This document shows, one piece after another, positions 40,871-58,694 of a stretch of 64,000 nucleotides of DNA. This DNA is from Guillardia theta CCMP2712 (taxonomy: Eukaryota > Protista > Cryptophyta), in NCBI RefSeq assembly GCF_000315625.1, contig NW_005434672.1, positions 1,116,336 to 1,180,335 on the forward strand. Direction: 5' to 3'. Position 1 is the stretch's first letter. Every line of letters starts with the position of its first letter. The notes under the pieces are model-generated. The model searched no databases and had not been told where the DNA came from. It saw nothing but the letters and a program-made list of their open reading frames with translations. The position numbers and the translations under genes were made by a program.

Positions 40871-41422
40871 ATGGTGCATGCCGCCGCCCACTGTTGCTGC
40901 CAGCAATGCGACTTCTCCCCAACTCACTCCTCCTCTTCTTGCTCCCCCTCCTATGCGATGACTCCTCGTCGGTCGATGGACTCTACTCCAACTCCACCAC
41001 CTTCGCCAGTGGATCCCCGCCACTACCTGATCGCGCATTGCTCGGCTGGGGATCTGCATGCGCATCGAGGCACACATAGCAGAGAGGGATTGCGCAGATG
41101 CAGCACGCTCCCAAGTTACGAGCCTCACCATCACGATCATATGGAAGCGGGAGGATATCACACGCACTGGAGAGAGGCCGAGCTCTGGGGCGAAGAGACC
41201 ATGTGGAACAGTTACGAAAGTGCATGCAGCATGTCCATGGAAGCATCATCGGCAAGACAAGGTCACCTCTTTCGAAGAAGGAATAGCGAACGGTCGTACA
41301 GCTCAAAAAGCCATGCCCATCATGCCCATCATACACACATCAGCAGTGGAAACAAGTTCTACGCGCACGTACTGAGGGCGAGAGCGACCCAAGTCACACA
41401 TAAGGCCCAGCACGAAGGGTAA
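40871..41422 (+). CDS. Hypothetical protein (first exon)
   Basis: 183-aa ORF with good ATG context (GCCGCC-like) ending at a GTAAG donor. No domain recognised. Confidence 0.3.
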   Translation: MVHAAAHCCCQQCDFSPTHSSSSCSPSYAMTPRRSMDSTPTPPPSPVDPRHYLIAHCSAGDLHAHRGTHSREGLRRCSTLPSYEPHHHDHMEAGGYHTHWREAELWGEETMWNSYESACSMSMEASSARQGHLFRRRNSERSYSSKSHAHHAHHTHISSGNKFYAHVLRARATQVTHKAQHEG

Positions 41423-41758
41423 GCTTTTCTTTTGATACTCTGGAGCTTCTTGGTTATCTTGCTTCTACAGAGATTGCACCAGAATACAAAGCTAAGGCGG
41501 GCTGGTTGTTCCTTTTCTTTGTAGCAACATCCTTGCCAACGGTGGGCGAGTGCATACGGTTTTCTGTACTTGTATCCTTTACAAAGTCTTCATAAAGACA
41601 GCAAAACTTCGACCCATCCTTAAAAACCCAAGGAGACCAAGAAGAAGAACAGGAAGAAGAGCAGAACAAACATGCGCTATCAACAACAGGGCAACCAACA
41701 TTCTACAAGACTTGCTTCCTTTCCCACAGGTTCACCATACAGCACCTCAATGCCCCTC

Positions 41759-44639
41759 TCAGTGTCTAGCCAGCGGCGGCGGGTAACTTCTTGATCTTCT
41801 CTGCACTCGCACATGGCTGCTATCAACACGCCCGATGTCCCCTACCGACCAGCTCATCCTCCGTCGCCTCTCACTGCCCACTGACACGTCGAGTGCGTCC
41901 ATCCCTGCCGCGTCCGGCATTGGCGGCTCTTCAGAGGCATGCAGGCTCGTCCTCGCCTCCTGATCCGGATGAACTTCATCAAAGTCCAGTTCATCGGCAG
42001 CCTCAGGAAGAGCAAGGGGCGCCTCTAGCGTCAGAGCCACTCCTCGTGCCAGGGCCCGTCCTGGAAGCAAATCAGCAGGAGGGTCGACGGCAACTCAGAC
42101 CTGACCAACAAACAAGCTTCCAGCTAGCGGGCTGCACAGACAACCTGCTACAGCTCTCCCACTCCCTACAGCAGGAGATGAGGAGAGGAGGACCAGGATG
42201 CACAGTGATCGACCTGTTGCAAAGCCCGCGATCCCTTCCGCTTGGGCGCCATGATGCGGATGCTTGTACAGACCAGTGAAGCCTTTCTGAACATGAGCGT
42301 AGAAGAGCTTGAGACCGGAGTCCAACTCTCGGACGAAAGCGGCGTTCTTGTCCTGCATCCAGCCCACCTCTGAGCCGTTGGTGAAGGCATATGACTGGTT
42401 CTGTCGACATGGTGAGTATCCTGAAATGCACCTTCGGGACGCGTCGGCCCAAGTTCCTCACCTGGTCGCTGAGCTCTCCAAACATATCCTCGGGAGCATG
42501 GTTGATGGCATGAGCTGTCTCCTCAAGGATGTCAGCGAGGCTGTGCAGCGGTTTGGCGACGCATCCCGACACGAAGCGGGGAACCTGCCAGGCGCTTTTA
42601 TGGCTGGGCACACCAGCAACAGTGACTGACAGCTGACATGGTGCCCGCGATGGATCCGCCGAGGGCCCCGGTGAGTCCTCCGATGACGGCTCCTCCAACA
42701 GCACACGCTCTTTTCGCCACCTGCACCTTAGTGAGACACATCCAGCAGGGTGCGAGCTTGTTCCTTGTCACCTGCCCTCCGATCGGAACCTTGTTCCCAA
42801 CTTTTGCGGCCATGGTCCCTACTGTGAGCGCACCGCCGATCGTCCCCATCCTCATATCTCGACCTGCAAGTGATCAAACATTCCTCCTCCTCTTACTCCT
42901 CCTCCATCGATCACCGGCGAAGGTGATCCCGTCCTCTATGTCCTTCAGGCCTATGAAGTGTTCAGAGTCAGGAGAGCTGGAGGAGGAGGTGGTGGTGGTG
43001 GTGGTGGTGGTGTTGGAAGTGGTGGGGGAGAAGGCACCGTTGCGGAATCCATTGGTGATGCCGTAGAGGCCGCGCAGCATGAGCCGCCGCATGTCGTGAT
43101 CCCCTGCCTCGGAGAGACGGAGCCTCCTCTCAAGACTTGAGAGGTCCTGGAAAGGAAACTAATGACATTCACATGCTCAGAGACAACACAGCACACCTTG
43201 AAAGAGTGATCCCCTTCCTCTCTCTTCCTCCTCAATGCCTCAAGGAATGTAACTTTGTACAGGTACTTGTAGGTCACCAGGCCGTCTGCCACGATCTTTC
43301 CAACAGATGCCTGCAGTTGGTTCTTATCGAGAATCCGAAGCGATTGGTTCAGATGGTTCAAGTGCCCAATCCACAGAACGTCGTGAGAAGCCAACACAGA
43401 CCAAGCTTTGCAGACTTGTGCACAGCGAAGCAGAAGCTTTGGAGACAAGGTGATGAAAACAACGAGTTGCATAACATCCGTCCACAACACAGAGAAGGCG
43501 TTGAGGTATTGCACATTGTACTCCTCTGCATCCAAAGGAAAGAACTGTTGACCATCGAGTCCTGAGAGCCTGGAAGGATTCGGAGAAAGAGAACAGCCGT
43601 TCTGTTGACTCTGTGAGATTTCACAGTGGACCAAACCACGAGCCTTCACTTCATCTGCAATCACTCGAAGTAGTTCCTTGACGCTGCGGGAGAACTCTGC
43701 CTTCTCTACCTCCAAATCCCCATAGAAAGCCAGCGAGATTCGGTCCCCGGTCAAACTGTAGTTGAGATCAGCTACAAGGCTGATGAAATCGTTCCTGGCA
43801 TGCAGCAGGTTGTTGCTGCCTGCTACCTGCCAGAAAGGCAACCCCGGGCAATGTGCATGCGAGACGTCGCTGAGTTGCTTCATGCTGGCAAAAATGCGCA
43901 ACTCTTCCTCCTTGTCTTGTGTGATTGGAACAGTGACCACTCGAAACTTCCAAGGGACTGCTCCTCTGAGACCGAGAGGAGGATTCAAGTTGTATCCCTG
44001 ATTCGTCCTCGCGATCTCGAGCAAGCGCTGGACCGTCTTCACGCTCCTTCCAATGCCGCCATGACGAAAGCATTGAAGCCGGAATATCCTGTTGACGTCA
44101 AGGTCTTTCCACTCCCTGTCGTCATCGATACGTGTGTAGAAGAGCAGAGGGTTGTCGAGGATCATTCTTGTGCTGCGTCGTCAAACTTCAGAGCAGAGAC
44201 AAGCAGATGCGCTGTTGACTTGACTTAATCTGCTCGAGTAGCGACCCATGAGCGCTGTCGGAGAACCTTCCGGCATGAATAGAAGACTTTTGACGTCCAC
44301 TTGCTACCATTGCACCTGAATACGACCTGATACACAAGGGATTTCCCACCATCGAGTGCTCTGATCTCAACTTTCAGACCCTCCTTGCTTTCGCTGCTCG
44401 GGAGGGTTGCAGGGTGTATCTTGTGGCAAACTACTCACGAGCTCCGAGCAGATCCGGAGGATGGATGCCTGATCCCCCGTGTCCTCCTTCTTGCACTCCA
44501 CGATGCTCCCGTCTCCGCTCCCTCGCTCTCTGCTGCTGCCCTTGCCCCCTCCGACCGGCGCACCCTCGCCATGGCGCTGGGGGAGTGTACTCCGGTGTGC
44601 TCCATGTTTCTCCGATCCGAGGCGGAGCCGTGTCTCCAA
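41759..44639 (-). CDS. F-box protein with C-terminal glycine-zipper and ATG2/VPS13-C-like amphipathic motif, multi-exon
   Basis: F-box VMQLVVFITLSPKLLLRCAQVCKAWSVLASHDVLW. Downstream exons GGAVIGGLTGALGGSIAG and GFTGLYKHPHHGAQAEGIAGFAT|GSGRAVAGCLCSPLAG. Exon joining and start are inferred. Confidence 0.6.
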
Positions 44640-45014
44640 TTTTAAAAATCACTTGTTTATGAAACGTACAAATGATGCTAGAAAAGAAACAAAAATAATA
44701 TATAATTTGTATTGAGGAACGATTTTTAAAATAATTAAAAGTACTCATTTTGAATGGTTGGTACAGTCCGTGGTACTCCGGCTTTCCTCAATCAACGGTT
44801 TGTAACGTCAGATCTTTGACGTTACGAGAGGTTACAATATTCGTTACCGTACAACCGTTCTCGGGGAGACGCATGGGCGGCAGGGCGACAAAGGAAACAG
44901 ACATGGCGCGGTGGCGATGGAGAGATAGGAATCATGGCAGAGGGGATGAAGATACCATGTCGCAACATGACTCCATAGTCATGCTCGGCCCTCGATGTTG
45001 ATCCCCCTTGTGGG

Positions 45015-49774
<4,760 letters not shown>

Positions 49775-51012
49775 AAATTTCAAAGTCCCCATATACTCCC
49801 TTGCGACACAACATCAACCACATGATGATCCGTGGCAGGAAACAACTTGCTTCAAGTAAGCATAATAAATTTCATTGAAAGTATAGAGAGATAAGCCTGG
49901 TCATCGACACATGCTCTACACAGCTACAGCAGTACATATGACGACGTCCGATACCGCACAGCTCAGCTGGAACGCCTTACCAGGGGCGGTTGTCGAGGTC
50001 GGAGTTCCAGGAAGGCCAGGTGCCGTTGAAGGCGAGCGGGAGCTGCTCGTGGTGCTGGTACTCTTGACGCCACATCCAAAGAGACTGGAACATTGCTGCT
50101 GCTAACAAATCGTTAGAACATCGACAGACGCTGAAAGATTCCATATCCTCCTCATCAATCCATATGCCTCTTCCAAGAGCCACCCTCCTGCCCCTTCCTT
50201 GAGGTCTCAAAATTTCTTTTCTTAACCCGAAAATTCTTACACATGCACCTCACAATATTATATCCCTTCGCTTCCGTCTACTTCCATCGCCATTTTCATC
50301 ATCCCACATCGCACCCTCTTCTCCCCACAGCATAGCGCGGTAATGTGGGCATACCTGGTGTTGACTCTCCGCGCCGCCAGCTGTCTTTTTGTAGCCCCCT
50401 GTTCTATTTCTGGAGGGACCACCCCCGACCCTCTTTGTGAGGTGTTCCCACCCCATTCTTTCCCGACTATACTATATTTGGAGGGAGTACCCAACCCTAC
50501 TATGTACACCACCCCACGAATTGATGGTAAGAACCCACCATCAACAACACTACCCCACCTTCCATCAAGGTCTTCAAGTACCACGGGTGAAGCACGCTCC
50601 AAGATTTGTACCAAGAGGATAACCCCTCACCCCCATAAGTATGTACCCTACCCTGGGAGAAATCACAAAACACCCACCCAATTAATATCATTCCACACCT
50701 ACCCCCCAGTATTCAGTAACCCACCCTCCCTCAGCAAATCTTCCAGAATTAGAATTTGCTGTACCTACCCCCATCAAAAACTGGGCTAGTAGGGGTGGTA
50801 ATCTCGGAGTTTATTGATTTGAGCTTTTGACACGGTGTTGCCCGCACTGGCCAATTATCGAGATGATGGCCAGACCCGGGGGCCCGGGAGCGGTCTGCCC
50901 CGGCCCGGTCGGGAGACTGAGTTGAATAATTAACTAATTTTTTATCAGCGGCAATGCCTGAGGCAAGCTTGAGGGACCTCTTTTCAAAGGAATTGAAGTC
51001 CAGTCGGTTGCC

Positions 51013-53343
51013 ATGCAGGCAGAACCGACGGAGGAGAAGGGGAGCAAGGACGAGGCCAAGGACGACGCCAAGGACGACGCCAAGGACGACGCCAAGGACG
51101 ACGCCAAGGACGACGCCAAGGACGACAGCAAGGACGACAGCAAGGACGACAGCAAGGACGACAGCAAGGACGACAGCAAGGACGACAGCAAAGGGCGAGA
51201 AGGGGTGGAGGTGGAAGGGCGGTCAGGGGAAGTGAAGACAGATGATGTGCCAGCAGAACAGCCGGGAGGAAATTTTGAAGAGCCTCCGAAGGATGGATCA
51301 AAAGATAGAGCGAAGGAGGAGGAGATTAGTGGCCAGAAGGAGGAGGAAGTTAACTCTCTGAAGGATGAACAGAAAGGCACGGAGCCTCCTCAGATCAATG
51401 CACCCATAGAAAGCGCCAGGGACGAGGAAGCTGCGAAACGAGCTGCTGTAGAAGATGGAGGAGTAGAGTCGGATGAGGCCAGCGCCAAGTCGCAGAGGGA
51501 GAGGCAGGCAAGTGTTGGGAGTGTGGGAGGGATGAAGGCTACCCCGCCTGAGTCCTTGCAAGGAGGGCACCAAATGAGGTCGAACTCGATTGAGCACGCA
51601 GGTGAGATTAAAGATAGCAGCATGCAGGAAGCGCCGTCGGGTCGTGCAGAGGAGAAGGAGAGTGAGCAGAAGGCGGCGAACAGAGACCCTGCTCGTAACG
51701 CTGAGGGAGGGGCCGGGCAGCACAAAAGCAACCCGCTGCTCAGTCCCCCGCCCACTGGCGCTGCCAAGTATGCGAGGGGTTCTGACCTGTACCAAGACAA
51801 GTACGACAAGTTCAGTGTGGCAGAGATCATCTCGTTATACTGCCGACATCTGTTCGAGGCTGTTGGGTTCGAGCTTGCGGAGACGCGGCTGAAGCGTCTC
51901 AAGGAGCTTTCCCGCGAACTGTCGCACACAAACAAGTACAAGGCCCTCTACCAGCGCAGGCCAGAAGTCTGGCACTCCCTCAAGGCGCTAGGAGACCCGC
52001 TGATCGATGCCGAGTACAGGCAGGAGGACGGGACCAGCGCCAGGGACTGCAAGATCTACCAAGACGCCGTCCGGTGCTGCGCTGCGCTGAGGGATGTGAG
52101 TGTGGAGAAAGACTTTTATTATGAGAGCTTGCTACTCGACCTGCAGAAGCTCGAGAGCTCGCTGAAGAACATCTACGGCGAGCTGGCCATGGAGCGGCAG
52201 CGGCACGACGTGCTTCGTGCGGTGCTGAGCGCGCAGAACGCTGCCCGGCTGCAGCTGGACGTCCAGGCCCTCGGGGCGGCCAAGGACTTGCTGGAGATGT
52301 CGGTGGCGATGAAGGTGGTGGAGGTGCTGCGGAAGCTGGAGGAGGAGGAGATGAGTAAGGAGAGTCTTCAGAAGAAGATGGAGAAGGTGAAGCATGAGTC
52401 CGAGCAGCTCAAGGACAAGATCCGCGAGCTGGACTCGGATGCGCTCAGGAAGGCGGATACGATCCTGGACCTCAAGAAGAAGCTGACGGAGGCGCAGCAG
52501 CAGAAGAAGAACGCGCTGGAGCGAGCGACGGAGGCAGAGGCGAAGGTGGAGCAGGAGAGGAGGATCCTGTCGTCGATCCGGGAGGCCCTGGCGGGGATGA
52601 AGGCGCAGAACGAGGCGCTGATGAAAGAGGTCGAGTACCTGAAGCAGCAGGTGGAGAAGGTGCAGGAGTACAGGGACAAGACCGTGCAGCTGGAAACAGA
52701 GCTGGGGGAGGCGCAGGCAGCCATCGACTCTGCGCTAAGGTCGAGGGAGCAGGCGTACGCGGAGGTGGCGATGGAGAGGGAGATGAGGAGGAAGGGGGAC
52801 GGGTACGTGCTGGAGATGAAGGAGGAGGTCCAGAGGGCGCGTGCGACGTTCGCGGGGCTGGAGGAGAAGATCAGGGATGTGGAGCTGAGCAAGGCGGGGC
52901 TGAAGCAGGATCTTGAGCATGAGAGGGTATGGAGGCAGGAATGGAACGCTGTGAGGGACAAGGTCGGGGAGGCTGTGCAGCGACTGTACGTGGCGGACCC
53001 GAGGAACGTGGTCGAGGAACGAACGCACCAGATCATGGCGATACTCCAGGAGAGGATCGCGAGCGAGAGCATGGCGAGGAGTCAGGTGGTCGACTTGGAG
53101 GACAAGCTGCACCGGGAGCAGGGACATCGGCTCATGCTCGAGCGGCGGCTGGCGACGCTGCAGGCGCAGGTGGTGGAGATGAGGGTCAGGGCTGCGAGGG
53201 GGGAGATGCCGCTGGAGGATGAGAGTCTGGGGTCGCTGGGGGATGGGGAGGACGAGAAGAAGCCGAGGAAGCAGAGGGATCAGGAGATGCTCGTTAGCAA
53301 GTTCGGGCCGAGCAAGATCCCGCGAGCACCTGGTGAGTTGTAG
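51013..53343 (+). CDS. Long coiled-coil protein with N-terminal KDDA/KDDS tetrapeptide repeats
   Basis: 776-aa ORF with an E/K/Q/L heptad-rich C-terminal half. May splice at the GTGAG just before the stop. Confidence 0.8.
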   Translation: MQAEPTEEKGSKDEAKDDAKDDAKDDAKDDAKDDAKDDSKDDSKDDSKDDSKDDSKDDSKGREGVEVEGRSGEVKTDDVPAEQPGGNFEEPPKDGSKDRAKEEEISGQKEEEVNSLKDEQKGTEPPQINAPIESARDEEAAKRAAVEDGGVESDEASAKSQRERQASVGSVGGMKATPPESLQGGHQMRSNSIEHAGEIKDSSMQEAPSGRAEEKESEQKAANRDPARNAEGGAGQHKSNPLLSPPPTGAAKYARGSDLYQDKYDKFSVAEIISLYCRHLFEAVGFELAETRLKRLKELSRELSHTNKYKALYQRRPEVWHSLKALGDPLIDAEYRQEDGTSARDCKIYQDAVRCCAALRDVSVEKDFYYESLLLDLQKLESSLKNIYGELAMERQRHDVLRAVLSAQNAARLQLDVQALGAAKDLLEMSVAMKVVEVLRKLEEEEMSKESLQKKMEKVKHESEQLKDKIRELDSDALRKADTILDLKKKLTEAQQQKKNALERATEAEAKVEQERRILSSIREALAGMKAQNEALMKEVEYLKQQVEKVQEYRDKTVQLETELGEAQAAIDSALRSREQAYAEVAMEREMRRKGDGYVLEMKEEVQRARATFAGLEEKIRDVELSKAGLKQDLEHERVWRQEWNAVRDKVGEAVQRLYVADPRNVVEERTHQIMAILQERIASESMARSQVVDLEDKLHREQGHRLMLERRLATLQAQVVEMRVRAARGEMPLEDESLGSLGDGEDEKKPRKQRDQEMLVSKFGPSKIPRAPGEL
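51046..51189 (+). repeat. 12-bp coding tandem repeat AAGGACGAC(GCC/AGC), 12 units
   Basis: Directly visible. The first half encodes KD(E/D)A and the second half KDDS. Confidence 0.95.
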
Positions 53344-53548
53344 AGGAAGGGAAGGGAGAGGGGAGGGAGAAGAAGAAGGGGAAGAGGAGAGAGACAGAGA
53401 AAGCGACAGAGATAGGAGGGAGGGGAGAGATACGTATAAGGGGAGCGTNNNNNNNNNNNNNNNNNNNNNNNNNNNNNNNNNNNNNNNNNNNNNNNNNNNN
53501 NNNNNNNNNNNNNNNNNNNNNNNNNNNNNNNNNNNNNNNNNNNNNNNN

Positions 53549-53775
<227 letters not shown>

Positions 53776-53889
53776 TCCCTCCTTGCCCCCGCCATCTGCA
53801 TCCCCGCTTCCCCCTCCCTTCCCCGTTCTCCTCCCCCTCCTGCTCCTCCTCCTTCCCTGCTCTGGCCTCTTCCTCCCCTCCCTCCCTCC

Positions 53890-55289
53890 TCACCTGCAGT
53901 CGCGCCATCTCCCTCCACTTGCTCGGATCCTCCCACTCAAGCAGCTCGACACTCGCGAGGCTTCGCTTTCCGTCCCATCCTCCAGTCGCCACGACAACCC
54001 GCGGCCCTGCCAGCCATGCTGCCCCCAGCCCCCTGCACATGCTTCATCCTCCCTCATACAAAACCGCTCTTCCCTCCCCGCCTTCCATCCTCCACCTCCT
54101 CTACTTCCTCTTCTTCTTCTTCCTCTTCCTCTTCCTCCTCCTCCTCCTCCCTCCTCACCTTCTCTGCGCAAGCATCTCCGGCAATGCCCTCCACTCCCCC
54201 GACGGAACGTGAAAGTACTCGGCGCTGCGCAGGTTGCTTGCTCCAAAGTATCCTCCTACAACACAGAAGCTCTCCTCCTCCTCCATCGCCGCCGCCGCCG
54301 CGAAACAACGAGGAGAAAGCATCCTGCCACTCGCGTCATCCTCTACTTCAGCACGTCGGGAGGCACCTGGGTCCTTCAGACCATCTCCTCTCCTTGCAGT
54401 CAAACACTTCCATGCTGTCCAGGTAGTTCCTCCCGTCCCATCCTCCCATGGCGTAAAGTTTCCCCTGCACATGCATCGTTACTCCTCTCCTCCCCGTCAC
54501 CCCTCTTCATCGACCTCGCCCTCCCCCCGCCTTCCCTTCCTCCTCCTCCTCCTCCTCCTCCTCCTCCCTCACCCCAAGAAAGACAGCACAGAGGCCTCGC
54601 CGAGGCGTGCTCATCTCCACGCTCCTCTGCCAGCTCCCTCCTTCTCTTCCTCCTCCTCCTTCTCTTGCTGGCTCGAAGTATTCGACAGAGGACAGATTCT
54701 TCACGCCATCGAACCCTCCAAGAGCAAAGAGAACTCCTCCTCCTCCTCCTCTTTCTACTCCCCACCCCCGATCCTCCTCCAGCGACCTTGCCGGAACGGC
54801 CCCATGGGCAGGAGGAAGAGAAGCGAGTCTGGTCGGGAGCTGCGACGTGGCAGGAGGAGGGCGAGAGGGAGCGTGTGTTTTCAGCTGAAAGTCAGCTGGG
54901 AGCTGCTGGACTTCCCCCCCTGACTGGAAGACGCTGAGGTCGCTTCCAGCGCGCGCGTGAGAATCTTTCTCTGCGTCGAGGAGCCTGGCTTGAAGCTGCG
55001 CAAACCTGCTCGCAAAGATGTGAGGAGGAAGAGAAGGGGGGAGGAGGAGAAGAGGATGGAGAGAGACGACGCAACATGTTCACCTCAACATGTCAAGATC
55101 GTTCATGTTAGACATTAGCGTCTTGGTGAAGTTGATTGAGCCCTGCAAGCGAGCGATGTGTTCACCTAGCATGCCCTTGTTACAGCGAGAGATCTCCAAG
55201 CAAGAAGAGGTGCAGGAGATCAAGGGAAGGGAAAGGAGAGGGGGAGGAGAGGAAGGGGATGGAGGAGAAGAAGGATAACTGTGAGCGAA

Positions 55290-55380
<91 letters not shown>

Positions 55381-55584
55381 TGAAGAGGGGCAGGGAGCCC
55401 CTAGTGGACAAGGCTGCAATGCAAAAACAAAAGGAGGGAGCAATCTGCCCAGTCAAAGAAAACTGACAGAGATTGCGATGTTCCAATACTGCTGCATTCA
55501 TCTCTCGGTCTCTTCGGAAATTGGTCTGTCATCATCATCATCATCATCACCACCACCACCACCACCACCACCACCACCACCACC

Positions 55585-55618
<34 letters not shown>

Positions 55619-55668
55619 TCATTATCATATCATCATCATCACACCACCACCACCATCATCATCATCAT

Positions 55669-55733
<65 letters not shown>

Positions 55734-56441
55734 CAAGAAATCTCTCAACACACACATTTTCTCTCGCCAGCTTCTCCCTTTCTTCGATTTCCCTCACAAG
55801 CCCTTCTGTCTTCTCATCCACACTCAACAACTTGCGTATCAGTTGGTCCTTCTTGCCTGCAAACCATCCAAAACTCTCCTGTCACTTTCACAACAAGGAA
55901 ACAACCATGACATCACCGGCTATGGAGCTTTTAACTTGTTCTTCCATTTTCTCCAAGCCTCTCAACTTGCCTTCAACCTGCCATGGCGATCAAGGNNNNN
56001 NNNNNNNNNNNNNNNNNNNNNNNNNNNNNNNNNNNNNNNNNNNNNNNNNNNNNNNNNNNNNNNNNNNNNNNNNNNNNNNNNNNNNNNNNNNNNNNTCTCC
56101 GGCTTCCTTGATCGTGACGTAGTAATCCTGCAGAGTGTGAGGAGGGGACCAGGGGGACTAGCTGGAGAAGGAGACGGATGGGAAGGAGGAAGGGGAGGGG
56201 CCGAGGAGGAGTTGTGGGAGAGGAGCGAAGAGGGAGAGAAGCAGGTGTTTGGTGGTTGGGGGGTGGGGGGGGGGGCGGGGAGAAGAAGATAAGAACATCA
56301 CTTCTCGATGCTGCCCGCTCAAGACGCATTCTCTACAGACGAGCTGCTGGCTGGGACAGGAAAGTCAGAGAAGGCAGATAGCGAGACTCAAAAGAGAAGA
56401 GATGACGACGCCAGGGCAGCACGCAGGAGGAGGAAGAAGAG

Positions 56442-56522
<81 letters not shown>

Positions 56523-58694
56523 CGGCAGCAGCAGCAGCAGCAGCTCTCACCTAGATATGCTGAGGAACAACACCTGCCATGGTACATCAGAACGTCTCAA
56601 GGAACATCATCGAGGGGAGATCACTTCTTCATCCTGGTGGAGGAAACATCTCCTGAGCTCCGTTGGCTTCTTTCCTCCTGCTTGCAAGGGGACCACATGA
56701 TGCTGCAGTTACTCGGGCAGTCAGTGTGGGCAGAGGAGGAGGCAAGGGAGGAACGGGACGAGGTTCAGGATGATCGGGGGGAGACTGAGGACAAGTGACA
56801 GGAGAAGGTGTCTGGAAGAAGAGGAAGAGGGCGAGTGCGAACAGGAGGACAACCAGGAAGAGGAAGAGCAACAGAAGGACGAGGGCGAGGAGCAGGAAGA
56901 GAGGGAGGAAGGTAAAGAAGTTTCACCTGCTTGACGCTTGTCATCCTGAACTTGTGTAGCTCATGACTACAATGCTGGCAAAGAGCAGCTCGACAAGTCT
57001 CGCACCTGATCGACATTCTCATGAAAGTGCACAAGCAGGAGCAGCATCAGGAGAAGGAGCAGGAGAAGGAGCAGGAGAAGGAGCAGGAGAAGGAGCAGCA
57101 CCACAGAGTTGCGATCTTCTCGTCACAGTTGTTGCACGTCTGACGTTTCTCCGAGAGAATCTCCAGGATCTTGAGAGGAGCGGGTGAGCCCAAGGACACA
57201 AGGAAGGAGCTAAGGGAGAAACAGCAAGGGAGGAGGAGTGGGGTGAAGAGGGCGGAAGTAAGGAGGAAGGGGAGGAGCGGAGAGGTGGGAAGGAAAGCAA
57301 AGTGGGAGCGAATCGAGTGAGAGGGAGGGAGGGAGGAGAGAAGAACGGGTAGGGGCATGAGGGATAGTGGGAAGGAGGAGGAGGAGGAGGAGGAGGAGGG
57401 GAGTGGGGTCGAGCTCCTGACCTTGGTTGAGCCATCATCATCCATGGCAGCGAGGTCGTCCAAGTCGATCTCACTGACAAAGTCGCAGACGGGGCAACGG
57501 ACATTCGCAACGTCGTCGCTCCTCGCCGCGACCGCCTCCAGGCAGTCCAGGCAGAAGGCGTGGAAGCAGCCCAGCCACCTCGGCCTGAGGGGAGCACAAG
57601 GGCATCAGCGGGGAGGCAACAGCAGTCGCCGCTCCCTCACCTGACGTTCCCCCTCATGCACAGAACGCAGATCACTCCGCCATCGACCGTCGGGAGGAGC
57701 TCGTCCACCTTGATACCGTCCCTCCTGAACTTCTCCATCGTCCCGCCCCGCCCTCCTAGCGGCGGCCCGTCTCCTCTCCCCTGAACTGCTTCCAGCAGCT
57801 TCTCTCCTGCAAAGTCTGGGCTGACGACAGCCGTGGCGTCCGAGGCAACCAATCGGTCGTGGAGGCATGCGAGGTAGAGTAGCAGGCAGGAGGGGGAGGC
57901 TCCTCGCATGATCTCCTGGGGGGTCAGGAGGCTGGGGACTTGAAACTTCTGCTCGGCAAGGCAGAGAGCGAGCTCGACACATTCCTGATGCCCTTGTCTC
58001 ACCGTCATCTCCACATCGACATGCGCCTCTGGCCATGCTGCGCGACAAACGTCATGGCAGGAGATCTATCGAGGGGGGGAAGAGGCAGGGAGGCAGGGAG
58101 GCAGGGAGGCAGGGAGGCAGGGAGGCAGGGAGGGAGGAGGGTGAGAAAGGGAGGATGTGGAGAGGGAGGGAGCAGGAGGAAGGAAGGAGGAGAGGTACCT
58201 TGGGCGATGATCACCAATAAGATCACCCCATCCTTGAAGCTTGAACTGAAGTCTTCTACCTCCACCGCGCTCGCAGCTCCCCTCTTGACGATAGCGTCGA
58301 CCCATCGCTTCGCTCCTTCCCTCCATTTTCCTTGGCTGTACCTTGAGAACTGCGGGATGCAAACAAAGAACTCCGCCATAGCCCACAGCACTTGCAGCAC
58401 GCCCTTGACGTCTCGGGACATCATCAGGCCCTGCGCGTTGGTGGCGAGCCGGAACCCTCTCCTGTTCAAGAAGTCGATGATGGTGGCGAAGTTGAGGAGC
58501 GCGTCCTCTTCAGTGCGCGGAGAAAGTTCGGGAGCAAGCACCTTGCTCGCGTCCAGGGCATCCACCAGTGCAACCAAACACTGAGAGTCACGGAAGGCTG
58601 CTCGCAAGTCCGAGGGGCATACATCCCCTATCACTGACGCGATCCAACTTCTCAGGCAGCTCAGCTGCTCCTCCTCCTCCGCGCTTGCCTGCAT
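53890..58694 (-). CDS. CH-CH (actinin-type actin-binding)-RING-B-box-coiled coil-Kelch protein (TRIM-like E3 ligase), ends approximate
   Basis: CH1 LRSWI...DLRAAFRDSQCLVALVDAL...VLQVLW. CH2 VEDFSSSFKDGVILLVII...AEQKFQVPSLL. C3HC4 RING CVLC...CFHAFCLDC...CPVC. B-box CNNC...W|CETCRAALCQHCSHELH. Kelch GGYFGASNLRSAEYF...W and GGWDGKRSLASVELL...W. Confidence 0.8.
55290..55380. repeat. (GCAGGA)n intronic hexanucleotide repeat
   Basis: Directly visible. The same unit occurs at 61060-61128 and 61620-61690. Confidence 0.95.

Noticed and set aside
49900-50210. Small minus-strand gene candidate, and another at about 38860-39600
   Set aside because: Exon-like, but no recognisable domain or reliable splice model.
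51046-51189. Possible CRISPR-like or regulatory array
   Set aside because: Head-to-tail 12-bp coding repeat with no spacers, in a eukaryotic context. The same applies to the 15-bp repeat at 13913.
55401-55910. Poly-His, poly-Met, poly-Ser, SHLI, VCLS and RAEQS ORFs here and at 12.7, 34.4, 46.2 and 48.6 kb
   Set aside because: These are translations of intronic microsatellites, not proteins.
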